A stretch of 64,000 nucleotides of DNA, from assembly GCA_001244265.2 (NCBI GenBank), contig CDLV01000006.1, positions 744,001-808,000 of the forward strand, given 5' to 3'. This DNA comes from Microbotryum violaceum. Taxonomy: Eukaryota. Below, in pieces: positions 29,311-40,467 of this stretch; within the stretch, counting starts at the first letter, position 1, and every line of letters begins with the position of its first letter. Made by a program: the position numbers and the translations under genes. A model generated the notes under the pieces. It had not been told where the DNA came from, made no database searches, and saw only the letters and a list, made by a program, of their open reading frames with translations.

Positions 29311-30976
29311 TCAAGTCGCGACCACCTCAGCTGGTGCAGTAGCTTCCTCAGAGATACTCTTCGCGGAAGAACTAGTTCTACGCCTCTGCTCGGCCTCCTC
29401 GCGCTTGCGCTTCGAGGTCCCGCTCGGTGCGACGCCGGACAGGAGCTTCCGCGCGTCGACGGACGTAAAGTTGATGAACGTCGACGCACCTGAACCGGAT
29501 CGCTTGCGCTTACGACCTGCCATCGAGGGGCGACGGGTAGGACTGGGAGTTGCGGCAGGCGTGGGAACTTTGTGAGGGGCGCGAGGAGCCGAAGACACAG
29601 TTGTTGCAGTAGGAGAAGGTCCACCGGGCGCCTTCCGTTGAGGGCGGACGACAGGCGCCGAGCTCGAGCAGGCTGGGTGCGATTGCATGCGCACGTGCGC
29701 ACGAGGGACCTGAGCAAAAGGATGGTAGCCATCCTCGTAGTACGATGGGTGAAGAGTACGAACGTGTTGCGAACGGGGACTTCCCCCGACCATCGAAGGC
29801 CGCCGGTGGAAGTGCTGCTGCGCAGGGTAGGGTTCGAAACCATTATACGCCAACTCGGGGGACGCGGGGGCCGAGCGAGGACGTGTTGGCGGAGTGTGGG
29901 CATAATAAGCATACTGTTCCCCATAGGGTTGCGAGGGTGCGATCGTGTAGTTGAGGCCGAACCCGATCGCTGCGTGGGGCGGGTGGGCATACGCCGGCGA
30001 GGGGGGCATCATCCCCATCGTCGAGGAGCCGTGGGATGGCGGCGAGTAGGCATATACGGCCCGCACCGGAGGAGGTGATGAAGCAGAGACGTATCTGGGA
30101 GCGAAAGCGGTCTCACTCGTGTAGGCCGAATAGTCTTGGGCGTCGAGCATGACCCCTGCGACGTGGTAGCACTGCACTTGCGGGGTCGTCGGCGTCGGCG
30201 GCAGCGCGACTTCGCCAGGGAGAAAACCCTTGACCTCGTCAAAAAACTGTAGGAAACCGAAGAGCAAATCAAGCATCAGCATCTTCGTTTGCAAAGGAAA
30301 AAACGAGCAAGAAGGCTAAGCTTACTTGGTCGACCTCGGTCGCCGAGGCAGGCCTTTGGGCCCTTTCGGGTCCACGAGGAGAGACACCGAGCCCGGTGGA
30401 AGCGGGTTGCACGATCGCGAGGGGCTGGACCGGAGGCCGGTGACGACGAGCCGCCAGCGAAGGTTGGGGAATGACCTGGTGCTGCGGTTGCGAAGGTTGC
30501 TGGTGCCGCGGCGGCGCAGGCGCGCGCTTGACGGATAGGGGATGTTGCGGCACGGCATACGAGGCCGGCAGGCCTTGAGGCTGCGCCGCGAGCGCCTCGG
30601 AGGGGTACCAGTGACGATCGTCAATCAGGTGGGGACGCTCGTCCGTCGGAGTCAATATGGCCTCGGACAGGGGCGAAAGCGAGGACTCGCTGACCAGGTT
30701 GTCCGTCGGCGCCGCGGCGTACAACGAAGCGGGGTCGCTGGCGACGGTTCTGTGCGAAGAAGATGGTCTCCCCGCGTGCGGGTAATCATCGTCTCCGGGG
30801 TAGTGAATGTAGAAAGACTCATCAACGGCGGGTTCGACCTGGGCGTGGCTACCAAACGCCGAATCCAAGAGGTCGGCCGAAAAGTCAGTTGTCTCGGCGG
30901 GGTAGATTGCCGCCGTCCAGTTAGAGGACGACGACTCGAGGGGCTGTCGGGCATTGCTTGCCACGACGTAGGGCAT
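29311..30976 (-). CDS. wetA: Pro/Ser-rich protein with C-terminal ESC1/WetA-related domain (putative developmental transcription regulator)
   Basis: C-terminal FINFTSVDARKLLSGVAPSGTSKRKREE matches the recalled WetA motif FVNFT..D..KILTGVAPSGSSK; one intron 30247-30325; orthology not proven. Confidence 0.7.
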
Positions 30977-33900
30977 GTTGGTGGCTGTAACTAACGCTGA
31001 AAGCAGGTAAGATTGTTCCCTCCACTTGGGTCCTAGGTGCGAGGACTTGTGTGTCGGCAAGGGAGAGCTTTCGCCGCCTCGTCGAGTCGCAAGCTTAAGT
31101 GCTCGAGAGGTCTGGAGACGAGTATAAGCTTTCGGAGCTGTACTGGCGCTGAGGTTCGCGGTGTTCGAGCGCGCGGAAGGTGAGTGGAAGTCGTCAAGGG
31201 ATGGAGACTGGGCAATGGGAGGATGGGAGGAGATGAAGAAAGGCCGGAAGGATGTAAAGCCTCTTCGGTATAGCAGTAGCCAAAGATACGTAGGTGCGAA
31301 TCCCACCACCGTTGATCATCAGGCACGAAGCGCGCTCATCATCTACTCGACTCCCCGCCGACTGAGCCGCCGAGCCGGGATTTGGGCGATTTCTCGGTGG
31401 CGCGCGCGAGCCGTGGAAGCCCAAAAAACGGCAAAGAAGGAGGGCCCGACGATCGGGAACCTGCCCGAGGACGCCAAGGGAGTTGGGGCCGCAGATAACC
31501 TTTGCGTGCCAGCAATGAATCAAGATCATTCCTACCTACCCAGGAACTTAATCAGTGATCGAGGGATTGCGCAGTGTGTACCTAGACATCGCTGTTCATC
31601 ATCGCACTGCATCATCGGCCGGGCCCTCCTTTCTAGGCACTCAGCCGGTCGCTCGGGCCGGTACCTTGAGGCAACTTTATCTTGACGGAGCAGCCGGCAT
31701 CTCCAGTGGATTACTAATTAAGGAACTTCGAAAACGATCGGGTATAGGCGGGTAAAGGTTCCTGATTACCTCGACGTAGAAATGAGGCCCTGCGGGCGGG
31801 CGCGCGACTGAGGGAACGACCGAAAGAGGAAGTTTAAGTCTGGACAGGGGGCGCCGCAGGAACGGGAGGCTAGAGGTGGCCGTCAACGCGTCAATTGCGA
31901 TGTCCACGTACCGACGTATATTACAGTGAACTGGTAGCGACAATCAAAACACACTCTCTATCGTCAACACCGTTGGCGCTATCCTATCTAGGCTACAAGT
32001 AAAATCGCAAGAGTGCAGTACCCTCCTTAATACCTGATAGCCATCGAACTCGAAATACTAGCGCTCACTGGCCAGGCGTCATCTTGGACCCCCACCTCAA
32101 CAGAGGCGGGACCCATTTGCTTTTAATTGTGCTTTCCGGAGCTTGCGACGCTTACTTTTGACACTACTTTTGACAACGATGTCGAGCAACACTATGAAAT
32201 CTGCCTCGGTGAGCGGGTAGACACTTGGTACTAAGCTGTAGACTGACCCATGTCCAAAACCCGGCTCATTTCTGTTCTGGCGCTCAGTTTGATCGAAATG
32301 CCGAGCAACTTCGGAGCTCGGAGGCAGGAAGGGAGCCGACTGCATCTCCCTCTACACGCCTAGAACGTGAAATCTGCGCCGCGTCGCGCGATGGGCAACA
32401 CGCTGCCAGCTCGTGAAGCCTATGATTTACAGACTCGTAAACGACGGCTTTGGACTAAGGGTGCCGAGTTTCCAAAAAAAACGGAAACGCCAGGAGGCCC
32501 CCCAATCGAACGAGCGACACCGCAAGCTATGTCGGCGGTCCGTCCGAGACGAGGGCTCTGCAGCCATCTGCATATCTGCGCGTACAGTCCGCAAGCGCGT
32601 CATGGGCGCTTGCTCAGACTGCTTCGGAACTCGGGGTTCCATGTCAAGTCGAAGGTACGTCGGAGTTTCATGATGATTAAGTCGTTCAGACCTGCTAGAC
32701 TGGGATGCCCGTACTCAGACTTAACCGAGATGGCTTTAAGGTCGACTTGCCTGAGGCCTCCTAGTTGAATTTACTTGAACTAACAATACTGAGATGCAAC
32801 CCAATCGACCTCTAGCACGGTGCGCAAAACCTAATCCGCGAATTCGAGATGTATTGCGATCTAGACTAGAGCCCGTCGAACTGCGCACATGCGCGGCTCC
32901 TGCCACGGGGGCATCTTGGAATCCTCAGCCAGTCCCCGGTGGCTCGAAAAGGACCAGACTGGGTCCTACAACAAGAGCGCGCCTTGAATGCTCCTGATTA
33001 AAGGCACCTGAAAGAATAATCTTTACTGCTGACAGGTAGGAGGAGCGGCACCAGAGCCCACGTGGTTGCCACAGGGCTCCGATCATGAGCAAAAGGCGAT
33101 CATAGCACGAATTTTGCATGCAAGTTTCCGGCCTTCGGGAAAGCTCGACCTCTCGGACCGCTCAGCATTCGCAAGGTTTTTTTGGGTTTTTTTTTTTGAT
33201 CTTCTCGGAACCTTTTCACACTACATCGCCTAGTGCATCTTCTCATTCGCAGTAACATGTAATCGAGGGATAAATCAAGGCTTCATCGACATCTATCTCC
33301 TCTCGTACATCATCCTCTAGACAGAAAAAAATCGCTTTGCGGTGTGGGATCGAACCACCCCTTCAAAGGTTCAGGAGCTCCGAGAGGCTTCCGAGTCTTA
33401 GGGGTGGGGGCTCCGAGAACTGGACAAGGTGGAGGTGCAGTACTTGTACTTAGCAGTATGCTTCCTTGCTCGTTCCCTCCAGTATCTTTATGGTCCGGAC
33501 CATGGCCTCCTGCTCGAAGCGGCATCAGACCTCTTGCACCATCATCGCACCATCACCACCGACGTAACCCCGCGAGGCCTGCCTCGACAACTCGACTCGG
33601 CGTCCCCCTTCTTCGTTCGCTCGCGGCACCGCCGACCCCAAGGGACCTGCTTACATGGGCACAATCAAGTGCATGGAACTGTATCTCTGGTCTGAAGCGG
33701 TGCCTCGTACCTCAGCAAAGGCTCCAGGTCCCCTCTTCGACTTGACCCGGACCCCTTCGCGCACGGGTCGTACCTGGAACTCGAACCGCCTGCACAGCTG
33801 TTTCCTTCCTTTCAGGGTCAGGGCTTCGCGCGCATCAATATGGCCTCGGCGGGACCTGGGGCCTGATGATATCGTAGTTGAGTGCTCCACAAGACAGGGG

Positions 33901-34001
33901 TCACATAGGAACGATCTCACGATGTGATGTATGCACTCAAAAATCAAACACTGCAGTGAATAAAGACATATGGGATTCTACTCTGACTAACAGGCGATGA
34001 C

Positions 34002-37000
34002 TTAATCCTTGAGCTTGAGGAAGCCTTCAATCGACTTTGTTATGGCTTCAATCTCGACGGCCAGCTCGCTTAACTGCAGAAGGACACCACGATCAGAACG
34101 AATCAGCACTGAAACTCGATCCGAAAGCTGATAGTGACAAGGTCCCTGCAAAGCACGGACCTTTTGTGCCTCCTTCTCCCGAACGTGCTGCGGCTTCTTC
34201 TCCTCGTACCCCGGAGCGGCCATACCATCCCGGATCTTTTGCGCTGCCTGCTCTTGGAAAGCCTTCTTCTTCTCAGCCTTGGCAATCTCTTGCTTAAAAT
34301 TGACCACACCCTGGGGTTTTGAAGATGATTGAGGGGGGGGGGGATAAACGTGAATCAGCTTTCCCCGGGGCGCGCTCGGCCCAAGGCCAAAGAAATTCTT
34401 GCAAAGTAGGGCTCACCTTGAGCATGACATTCGTCGCCAATTCAGGCGAAACGAGTTCACCAACGCATCCTTCGGGGATAGCTGCTTCGTTGTCGACGAT
34501 TGTGAGTTGCTCACAGCCCTTGATCAAGGGTCGCAACGCCTTCGTCGCGGCTTGTAGTGTCGACGCGAGCGCGGCGTTGTCGCGGACGTTGAAGATGACT
34601 GCCGAAAAGGAAACGCCGAAAGACAGTCAGCACGTGCACTTTGAGGTATAGCTGAACGGGCACTACTGACTTTGCAGCTTGGAGTTGATGTTGTACGAGA
34701 CTGCGATCGATCGCGACGCGCGGATCGCGGCGAAAGCCAGGTCAAAGTCCTTCTCGGCTTGCTCAAACTCAAAGTGAGCCGCCTGTTGTGCAAATGATAC
34801 CGTCAGATTCAGTACCATTTTTTATGTGCACAAACCAGACAGCATGCACGGATTTGAGGTCACTCACGGGTTCGGGGTATCGAGCGAGCGAGATCGACTG
34901 GGTCTCGTTCCCTGGTCGTGTCGGCAAGCGGTGCCACAGCTCCTCCGTGACGAAAGGCATGACGGGGTGCAACAACCTCAACCCATTGTCCAACACCGTA
35001 AACAACGTATCCTGGGCCGAACGACGGGCCTCCTGCGGTGCGTCGACGGCGGTGATATCCTTGATCGCCTCGATGTAGACATCGCAGATCTCGTACAACC
35101 AAAAGCTGTACATGTCCTCGGTCGCCTTCATGAAATGACGCTCGGTCAAGGTGGCGTTGACCGACGCTGTAGCGCGGTTCAACTTTTGTAAGATCCACTT
35201 TTCGACGAGCGATTCGCGCCCCGTCGGCTTCTCCGAGGCGGGAGGGACGTAACCTTCTTCGAATTTGGTGAGGGCGAATTTGGTCGCGTTCCAGAGCTTG
35301 TTGCAGAACTGCGGAGACAAACGAGGGCGGGCTCAGCATACGCATTGCTATCGGGAGCTTTTTGCTCTGACCACCACTCACCTTGCGGTACCCTTCGACG
35401 CGCAAGATCTCGAGGTTGATATCCCTCCCACCGGCCGAGTAGTTGGCCATCGCGAATCGCAACGCGTCCGTACCGCATTGCGGGATCCCATTAGGGAAAT
35501 CCTTCTTCTGCCCTTTCTCAGCGACCACAATCTCCTTCTCAACCAAGTTACCGACCCTCAATTGGGCATGGAGCGCATCGAGCGAAGCGCCTTCGATGAC
35601 ATCGATAGGGTCAATGACGTTGCCGAGCGATTTTGACATTTTGCGTCCGTGGGCGTCACGGATCATGGCGTGGCAGAAGACCTCGTTGAAGGGCATTTGA
35701 CCAGTCAGCTTGATGCCGAGCATGACCATGCGCGCGACCCAGAAGAAGAGGATATCCCAGCCGGTTTCCAGCAAGTGGGAAGGGTAGAACGCCTTCAAGT
35801 CTTGAGTCTGACGTAGAGGAAAGGATTTGTGTGATTAACGACCTATACTCGAGAGCTTGCCCACCGACGAAGACGAAACTCACCTGATCGGGCCAGCCCT
35901 GGATGGAGAAGGGCCACAGGCCGGACGAGAACCAAGTATCGAGCACATCCTCGTCCTGCTCAAGCACAAACTTCTCTCCCGGGAACCTCTTCTCGGCCTT
36001 TTGTTGCGCCTCCTCCACGGTCTTGGCCGCGACCCACGACTCGCTACTCAACCGATCCTGCTCCTTGCCCTCGATGTTGACAAAGTAAGCGGGAATACGA
36101 TGACCCCACCACAGTTGACGCGAGATGCACCAGTCTTGGATCGTCTCGAGCCAGCGATACCATTCGTTCTCCGAGTTTTGGGGTCGGATCAAGAGCTCCC
36201 CAGCGCGGGTACGCTTGATCGCTTCGTCGGCCAAGGTCTTGGAACTGACCCACCATTGCGGCTTCATGACGGACTCGATGATGTCGCCCGACTTGGAGCA
36301 GACGGGAATTGACATGGGGTTGTCGGCCGCGCCGACGTACAGATCCATCTGCTTGAGCTTCTCAATCACCGCGTTACGCGCGTGGAAGCGCTTCATGCCT
36401 TCGAATTCGGGACCGGCATTGGCGTTAAGTGTGCCATCGTCGTTGAGGATGTTGATGAACTCGAGATTATGGCGTTTGCCGACCTCGAAATCGTTGGGGT
36501 CGTGCGCGGGCGTGATCTTGACCGCACCGGTCCCAAACTCCATATCGACAGCGATCGCGTCGGTGACGATGGGGATGCGTCGCTCGAGGAAAGGGTGTTT
36601 GGCGAATTTGCCGTGGAGGTGGCTGTAGCGCGGGTCGTCGGGGTGCACGGCGATGGCGCTATCACCGAGCATCGTCTCGGGACGGGTTGTTGCGATGACG
36701 AGCTTCTCGTCCGAGCCTTCGAGAGGGTACGCGAAGCTGGTGATGACACCGAACTCGAACCTTTCGCTGGTGGGGTAGCCGGGCACGTTGAGCAGAGTGC
36801 GACCGGTCAAAACTTTTTGGTCGACCTACGAGGCATTGTGAGTCATGGGTCAGGACTTGAGCTCTCTGTTTCCAGAACACATAGAACATACCTCGAGCGC
36901 ACTGAGCGTCGTGTTCATCTGCACACACCAGTTGACCAATCGGTTCGCGCGGTAGATGATGCCTTCCTCCTGCAGCCTGACGAACGTCTCAGCCACAGCC

Positions 37001-37971
37001 TTGGACAGAGCGGGGTCCATGGTGAAGGCGACGCGATCCCAATCGCACGATACGCCGAGTCGATAGATTTGCTTGGTGATGCGTCCCTGGTACTCTTCCT
37101 TCCAGGCCATGCAGCGCTTGAGGAACTCTTCGCGGCCGAGGTCGTGGCGGGTCAGGCCTTCGAGTTTGGCCAGTCGCTTCTCGACGACGGATTGGGTCGA
37201 GATGGAGGCGTGATCGTAGCCGGGGACGAACAAGGTCGTGTAACCCTTCATTCGGTGCCTGCATCCATCGAAACCGACTCTGTCAGCTTTGCCTCGACGA
37301 AAGCAACGTGATTCGCCGGACTGACCATCGGATGAGAATGTCCTGGAGCGAGCAACCCAGAGCATGACCAATGTGCAAGCTACCGGTGACGTTGGGTGGC
37401 GGCATGGGGATGACGAACGTCCTCTCCTTGTCCAAGCGGTCAAAGTCGATCTGGCCGTGCTCGTCACGGGGCAAGAAGTCGGGGTTGGGGTCAAAGTGGG
37501 AGTGCTCGGTCGGGTTCTTGGACGGCAATGCGGGCACAAAGTAGTTGGACTTTTGCCACCACGAATACCACGACTTTTCGACGTCGACGGGGTTGTAGCC
37601 CGCTGCCATGGGGTTCGTCAGGTCTGGCGGGTCGGGGAGACAAGTCGGGTCGGAATTTTCAGCTTTCGCACCGCTCTGCTCCGGTACAGGTCTCTATGCG
37701 ATGCGAACGCACCCTTGATGTGACCTTCGGGCACTTCGATGAACGGAGGTTCTTCGGGAGCTGCCTCCTTGACCTTGACCTCCTTCTTCTTGCCCTGACC
37801 TGCCGCGACGGGAGGTGCGAGACCGGCGACTTTCTTGAGCGCCTTTTTGGCAGCCAGGGCAGCTTCCTTTTCGGCCTTTTTCAACGACGACTTGGAGGGA
37901 GCGGCGGGCGCTGCTGCCCCATCCTGGGCAGGGGTGGCGACGCTGGCGGGTGTGGGGTCGTTGCTGGCCAT
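34002..37971 (-). CDS. VAS1: Valyl-tRNA synthetase (cytosolic start; in-frame upstream extension discussed in findings)
   Basis: [15 protein letters not shown] (HIGH), [61 protein letters not shown]. Confidence 0.98.
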
Positions 37972-38343
37972 GGGGGAAGCGGAGGGGCGGCGCACGGACG
38001 AGGTCGAGCACAAGGAACGACGAGATGCGAGAGGCGAGGTGCACGCAGGGGCAGTGGAGGTGAAGGGTGGGCGATGGATCAACAAGCGTACAGAGTTTGA
38101 TACCAAAACTCTCGCCACGTTGAGGGCTGTGTGGAGTTCAGCTGAGGATGAGGATGAGCGTGAAGAGGCAAACGAGGCGCAGCTGTTCGCGCACCTCCAG
38201 GCTCCGCAGAGCCGTTTTGCGCCGACCGCCGGCTGTTGACTCGAGGCGTCGACTGGCCGGCCAGCCGAGCCCCACGCGCGCCGTGAATTCGATCGTTGAC
38301 ATCCTGGCCTGCTCAGTACTAGCTTAAGTGGGCCCTCTCTGCC

Positions 38344-40392
38344 AGGACCCCCGAAAGCCCAGCCAGAGGCGCATGCGGAAAAACGCCCTTTTTTGGCCTT
38401 TTTGTCAAAGTTTTTTACCCTATTTTGGCCCCAAAATGTCAAAATTTCGCATGCGCCTCGGAAACATTATCAAAATGTGTTCTACATGCTCCAAAAATCG
38501 CTCAAAAGTCCTCGAAAACGCGTTCCGAGCGTTTGCGGGCGCGCGGCGGCCTATCGGAAGTGGCTCACGGCGCGCGTCGCTTCGGCTGGTGTTGCGCGTG
38601 GCTCCAGGCTTCAAACAAGCCTTCCTTGCTTTGCTGGGTGGCTCGCTGCTTCGTTGTCAGACTTCCCTTTTGCTGAAGTTGAGATCCTTGTTTCCGCGGT
38701 GGCATTTGTGCGGCTTGTAGAGGTTCTGCCGGCGGCATCTCACAGGCCGGGCACGCTCCGAAGGCGGCAAACCTTTGCTCGGCATGTGCGCTCGTGCTGA
38801 TTAGGCGCTCGTCCGGGTAACATGAGGTAAGGTCCGTGGTTGAACGATATGTAGTCGTTGACGGGCCTAATGACTCGATGACCTGTCGACCATCAATCAT
38901 GCGGAACGGCATAGTGCCATCAATGAGGTGTGTGGAATAGCATGTTTTCTTGATGAGGCGAAGCTCCTGTACGACGACATTTGAGAGTAGAACCAACGAG
39001 GCGAGCGTGTCTTGGTTGCAGTGGTTTGTTGTCACTTTGCTGTAGATGTATCGCACTGTAGGACACAAGACTTGTGTCAAACGAGAACTTCACAGCTCAA
39101 CTGCCATTCAAGGCATCGTACCAATTCCAATGAACAGCACTTCTTCTCCATAGGCAGTTTGATCGCAGCTGATTGAATGCATGCCACGCTTGAGGCCAAA
39201 GCAGACCAGAGATCCGATCTCCGATGTTGTGGTAGTGGTTACAGCTCCGCCGTCAAGCGATCCAAATTGAGGATAGCGTTGTGCTAGTGCTCCGTCTGCT
39301 TGTTTCTCCAAACATTAGATCCAGTTGCCTTCGCTCCTAAATTCAGCGACAACTCACTTGAATGCGGCCATCCTCAGTATAGACATTCTTCTGGATCCTC
39401 GTGTGTTGTGAGCGCTCGGTCCATCTGGTCACCTCTAGTCCAGCGAAAGCTCCTTGTCGTGCCCGCCATGTCTTCGCAGCGAGATGGTCCCATGGACTGT
39501 ACCAACCCTTTCAAGAAGCATGAATGTGCTGCACTGCGTCCTTCCTCTGTATTGCTAACCCCTACGCCTGCCTCTCCGCGAGTTGGGTCGCTCGATTCCA
39601 TCGGCCTCCCTTGAGTAGAACAGCTTGAGTTGGCTACACTTATGAGCAGCTTGATGGGCAATCAGGTTGGCCAGTTCAGCGAGAAATTGGTATCGCGAGC
39701 ATCGACAACTTGAGGCGGAAGTTTCAATTGTGTGGGCTGTGTAGAACCAAACACGCGTGAGCTTAGACCAAAATTTCGATAGTTGAGCTTGGTAGACGCA
39801 CGATTGGTCGTGAGAAGCTGTTTCAGTTGCCTTCTCAACGGCCTCGAGTAGATGATAAGGTCGAGTAGTGGGTGAGCTCGTCTTTGGACAACTCGATGTG
39901 AAGAGACGCGTCGGCGGGAGCGACATCGAAGGCGAGGAGCTCGGCGATCGTCATGTTCATGTTGGTGAGCGGCAATAATCAATCGAAGGCATCGTTCAGG
40001 CCTGCATGGGATGATGTTGTCGTGCTATGCTCCAATCTCGGACGAAAGTCGGTGAAGCGGAACGGAACCTGCGCCCCTTCAATATCGAATCGGCCTAATC
40101 CCTCACAGCCACTTAACTCAAGTGATTACGGAAGATGGCTAGTACTAAGTGACTTGTTCAAGCGCGAGCATCTCGAAGCGAAGGCAAACGGGCCCAAAGT
40201 CATGCGGTAGGCCAAAATTGGGCCGACTCACGGGAAAATATCAAAATCTGGACATGCGCCTCGTGGGCGAAACGTGTGTTTCGTCTCAAAATGTCAATTT
40301 TTTGCAATGCGCCTCGACGATTTTCAGGATTTTGGGTCCTCAAAACGTCAAAAAAAAAAAAATGCGCCTCCGGCTGGGCTTTCGGGGGTCCT
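38344..40392. mobile_element. Non-autonomous DNA transposon, 2049 bp, 31-bp TIRs, 8-bp target site duplication
   Basis: Left [34 protein letters not shown] (38344-38374) matches the reverse complement of 40362-40392 with one mismatch; TCTCTGCC at 38336-38343 and 40393-40400; subterminal ATGCGCCTC repeats; no recognisable transposase. Confidence 0.92.
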
Positions 40393-40467
40393 TCTCTGCC
40401 CCTCTCGTGTGCACGTGAGCGCGCCTCGAGCCACCAAGGCGGGAGCATCAGCCGGCCAACGACCACG

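Noticed and set aside
36382..37311. 309-aa plus-strand ORF (and similar ones, e.g. 50357-51616 minus)
   Set aside because: Antisense shadows of GC-rich coding exons (VAS1, UBP2)
40276..40467. N-terminal extension of the 595-aa ORF, and the matching one on ORF 37618-38442
   Set aside because: Both begin inside the transposon TIRs, which explains the shared ASGWAFGGP peptide; not real coding sequence
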